A stretch of DNA of 64,000 nucleotides from a virus (lineage: Duplodnaviria > Caudoviricetes): the IMG/VR virus record IMGVR_UViG_3300021254_000021, positions 160,001-224,000 of that record; one strand, written 5' to 3'. The number at the start of each line of letters is the position of its first letter. Within the stretch, counting starts at the first letter, position 1. The notes under the pieces are model-generated. The model did not search any database. It saw nothing but the letters and a program-made list of their open reading frames with translations, and was not told the origin of the DNA. This document shows, piece after piece, positions 61,654-64,000 of this stretch. A program made the translations under genes and the position numbers.

Positions 61654-62103
61654 ATGACTATGAATGAAACATTGAAACAGGCGATTGCAGGATTTGTTGC
61701 TCTTAATGGTGCTTCCTTAAATTCAGAGGAAGGTGAACAATGGGCAAGTGAGTATGGCTTAGATGTTTCTGACTATAGCAATAAAGAAGAAATCTCATCC
61801 TTCTTTAAGGCTATTACATCCTTTGACAAGGATGATAAGTACATCTCACAAGATTTCCTTATCCGTAATTGTCCCGTAGTTACTCCAGATTCCTATTATG
61901 TTTCCCTATTTAAGAAGTTTGAGATTAAGCGAGTGGTTATGACAACGGAAACAAAATCTTGCTTAATTTCATCCCTTATGGTTAATGGCTATAAGGCAGA
62001 GTCCGTTAAGATTGAACTCACAAAGTCTTGGGGAGAGGATAATTATTGGGCTGATCGAAATAAAGCTCAATACGGACATGGTATTCTGCTGACAATCGAC
62101 TAA
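61654..62103 (+). CDS. hypothetical protein
   Basis: preceded by 49-bp element and SD. Confidence 0.7.
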   Translation: MTMNETLKQAIAGFVALNGASLNSEEGEQWASEYGLDVSDYSNKEEISSFFKAITSFDKDDKYISQDFLIRNCPVVTPDSYYVSLFKKFEIKRVVMTTETKSCLISSLMVNGYKAESVKIELTKSWGEDNYWADRNKAQYGHGILLTID

Positions 62104-62183
62104 CCCATTAAGGGGATGGGGAATTAAGTTAAATTCCCCTGACACTAAATTTACAAAAATCTTTGACCAAAAGGAGTTTAGTT

Positions 62184-62525
62184 ATGGCACAGTTCAAAAC
62201 ACAGGCTCAGTTAGTTTCTGCTCTCCGTGAACAGCTCTCCACCAATACTTCACAAGCTCTGAAAGCTCTGGTTTTCCTGTTTAATCGTCAAACAGAAGAT
62301 GAGAAATTACATGAGCATACCAAGTACTTTAACACTGTTGGCTTCAATCACAATGATGCCAAGCGGCTTACAGCAATGGCCAAACAGTATTTGGCCACGG
62401 GACATCTCACCTCTTATCAGATGGTTGTTTTAATGAGGCTCGTTCCTAAGTATGCCCGTCAACTTATCCTTCATTCCTTAGCCACAGGGAAAATCCGAAA
62501 GGAAAATGGGTATTATGTGTGGTAG
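62184..62525 (+). CDS. hypothetical protein
   Basis: preceded by 49-bp element and SD; RQTEDE...VGFN..DA. Confidence 0.7.
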   Translation: MAQFKTQAQLVSALREQLSTNTSQALKALVFLFNRQTEDEKLHEHTKYFNTVGFNHNDAKRLTAMAKQYLATGHLTSYQMVVLMRLVPKYARQLILHSLATGKIRKENGYYVW

Positions 62526-62717
62526 TTAGAGGGAAGGAAATTCCTTCCCTTTTCCCCTCACACCAAATTTACAAAAATTTCTCTTAAAAAGTTTCAACTT
62601 TTACCCTAGCGGTTATTCGTTGGGGTGATGGTTAAAGCCTTTTAAGGGGATAGAGTTAATTCCTTAAATCCCCTCGAACCAATTTTACAAAAATTTCTTT
62701 TCCAAAAGGAGATAGTT

Positions 62718-64000
62718 ATGCCTAGTTATGTTCGTATCGTTCATCGTGGTCGTGGTTTTAACGTTCGTGTAGAGCTTCCTGATGGTAGCACTCGTTTGGT
62801 CAATGTGAATGATCTTCAAAACTGGACACAGGTTGAGCGTAATGCGGATGCTACTCCCTTTGTTCGTACACGTCACACAGCTTCTTCTGCCCATGAAGCT
62901 GTAGAATCGGCCCCGGCAGAACGTAACTACATTCGTATCCTTCATAGAGGCCGTGGCCATCATGTCCGTTTGCTTCTGCCTGATGGTACAACTTACTTAG
63001 CTAGAACGGAAGATTTGCCCAACTGGACTTATGTGGGTGATACCAATGCTGAAATTCCCACATTGGAAAGAGCTAATATAAGTCACGGTTTTGTCAATCC
63101 GACAAACCAAGCGGATCGTATCTATGACAGCATTACCCGTCATGGTTCTCGTAACACTACCGTTCAATTGCAGAATGGTGAACGGGTACACGTTCCCAAT
63201 GAGCTTATGAGTACATGGCTTCGTCGTGGCTCAAGTGCTTATGTGGATTGGGATGAATCAAATAATTATCCCAATGGCCGTGAAATGAGACACCTCACTT
63301 TTGGTGTTGAGTTGGAATTTGTTGCTAATCCTGACAAATTCGATCAATTCTGTGATGCTATGATTCAAGCTGTTGGTAGCACTAAATTCTCCCGTCCTAA
63401 TCCTAACAGCCTCACTTATGGTCAATCCTCTACAACCAAATGGGTATTGGGTTATGATGGCTCTGTCCGTTCTACTCGTCCCCGTGAATACAAACGTGGT
63501 TATGAGCTGACTAGCCCAATTCTGAAATTTGATGAAGCGTCAAAACAGGAATTGGCAACGGTATTACACCTAATTACCACAATCTTTGAAGGTATTGTCA
63601 ATAAGACTTGCGGTACTCATGTTCATGTTGGCAATTTCACTCGTATTCAAAACACCTATGAGTTCCGTAATAAGGTTTTGAATTTCCAAAAGAATTACGG
63701 TGCTTTTGAGGAAAAGGTGTTTGATCGTCTGGTTTCCCCGTCCCGTAAAGGCAATAACAACCATTACTGCAAATCGTGCAATACCAATTACATTGATGGT
63801 CGTTATTACAAAATGAATGCTCAAAACATCTTTGGTTTTGGCACTCTGGAAAATAGACAGCACCAAGGCACGTTGGAAGTCAAAAAGATTTGGTCATGGA
63901 TGGAGCTTAATGGCAAATACATGATTAAATATTTCAAAAATCCTTCCAACTTCTGCGATACTTACCTGTCAATGGAAGAGTTCTTTGAAAAGATTGAACT
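62718..64000 (+). CDS. putative amidoligase (COOH-NH2 ligase type 2) with N-terminal HRGRG repeats; runs off the window end
   Basis: not in the ORF track; manual translation from ATG 62718 gives TFGVELEF, YDGSV, YELTSP, TCGTHVHVG, RYYKMN, TLENRQHQGT. Confidence 0.88.
   Translation, partial: MPSYVRIVHRGRGFNVRVELPDGSTRLVNVNDLQNWTQVERNADATPFVRTRHTASSAHEAVESAPAERNYIRILHRGRGHHVRLLLPDGTTYLARTEDLPNWTYVGDTNAEIPTLERANISHGFVNPTNQADRIYDSITRHGSRNTTVQLQNGERVHVPNELMSTWLRRGSSAYVDWDESNNYPNGREMRHLTFGVELEFVANPDKFDQFCDAMIQAVGSTKFSRPNPNSLTYGQSSTTKWVLGYDGSVRSTRPREYKRGYELTSPILKFDEASKQELATVLHLITTIFEGIVNKTCGTHVHVGNFTRIQNTYEFRNKVLNFQKNYGAFEEKVFDRLVSPSRKGNNNHYCKSCNTNYIDGRYYKMNAQNIFGFGTLENRQHQGTLEVKKIWSWMELNGKYMIKYFKNPSNFCDTYLSMEEFFEKIE

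Larger units (their letters stand above)
41196..62694 (+). repeat. dispersed 49-bp element, 14 copies starting at 41196, 42040, 42393, 43399, 43782, 44741, 50063, 51626, 59945, 60848, 61583, 62112, 62530, 62646
   Basis: consensus GGGGAT-N16-(A/G/T)TCCCC-N10-TTTACAAAAAT with invariant spacing; all but 62530 lie just upstream of an SD and start codon. Confidence 0.9.

Noticed and set aside
41196-62694. 49-bp repeats as a CRISPR array or integron attC array
   Set aside because: Copies are separated by whole genes, are internally variable and lack attC-type core sites and extended pairing; no cas or integron integrase in the window
62685-63866. Minus-strand ORFs here and most other short antisense or nested ORFs in the track
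   Set aside because: They shadow well-supported plus-strand genes (here the amidoligase) and lack SD sites or motifs
1-64000. Stop-codon reassignment
   Set aside because: Long conserved genes are intact in the standard code, TAA, TAG and TGA all end plausible genes, and no suppressor tRNA was seen

Overview
An AT-rich, almost entirely plus-strand segment of a large, probably myovirus-type (jumbo) phage genome. Two-component spanins point to a diderm host. About 1-11.8 kb is mostly small hypothetical genes, plus a PLMP/RRXRR-domain P-loop ATPase and a metallophosphoesterase. Replication and nucleotide genes include a family A DNA polymerase with four inteins, an intein-containing ATP-dependent ligase, clamp-loader-like, SSB-like and RuvC-like genes, a dNK and a dUTPase. 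There is a phage infA followed directly by a complete IS605-type element (tnpA/tnpB), and three ~50-bp single-hairpin derivatives of its ends. Other content: an NBD-FecCD ABC fusion, a tRNA cluster (group I intron in tRNA-Leu(UAA), tRNA-Ile(UAU), three tRNA-like RNAs with remodelled anticodon arms), an unclassified ~250-nt structured RNA, lysis genes, a sigma-like factor and a GATase/GGCT/amidoligase module. Most notable unexplained structure: (i) 14 copies of a rigidly spaced 49-bp element, GGGGAT-N16-(A/G/T)TCCCC-N10-TTTACAAAAAT, that opens gene cassettes from 41 to 63 kb; (ii) about 11 mostly unrelated proteins sharing a basic N-terminal leader ending in Glu (candidate capsid-targeting/head-protease signal), two of which carry a beta-clamp motif QL[DS]LF right behind it, one on a SprT-like protease; (iii) an unrecognised ~40-aa HRGRG domain shared by the amidoligase and a stand-alone protein. 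All assignments come from reading motifs by eye; no searches were run.
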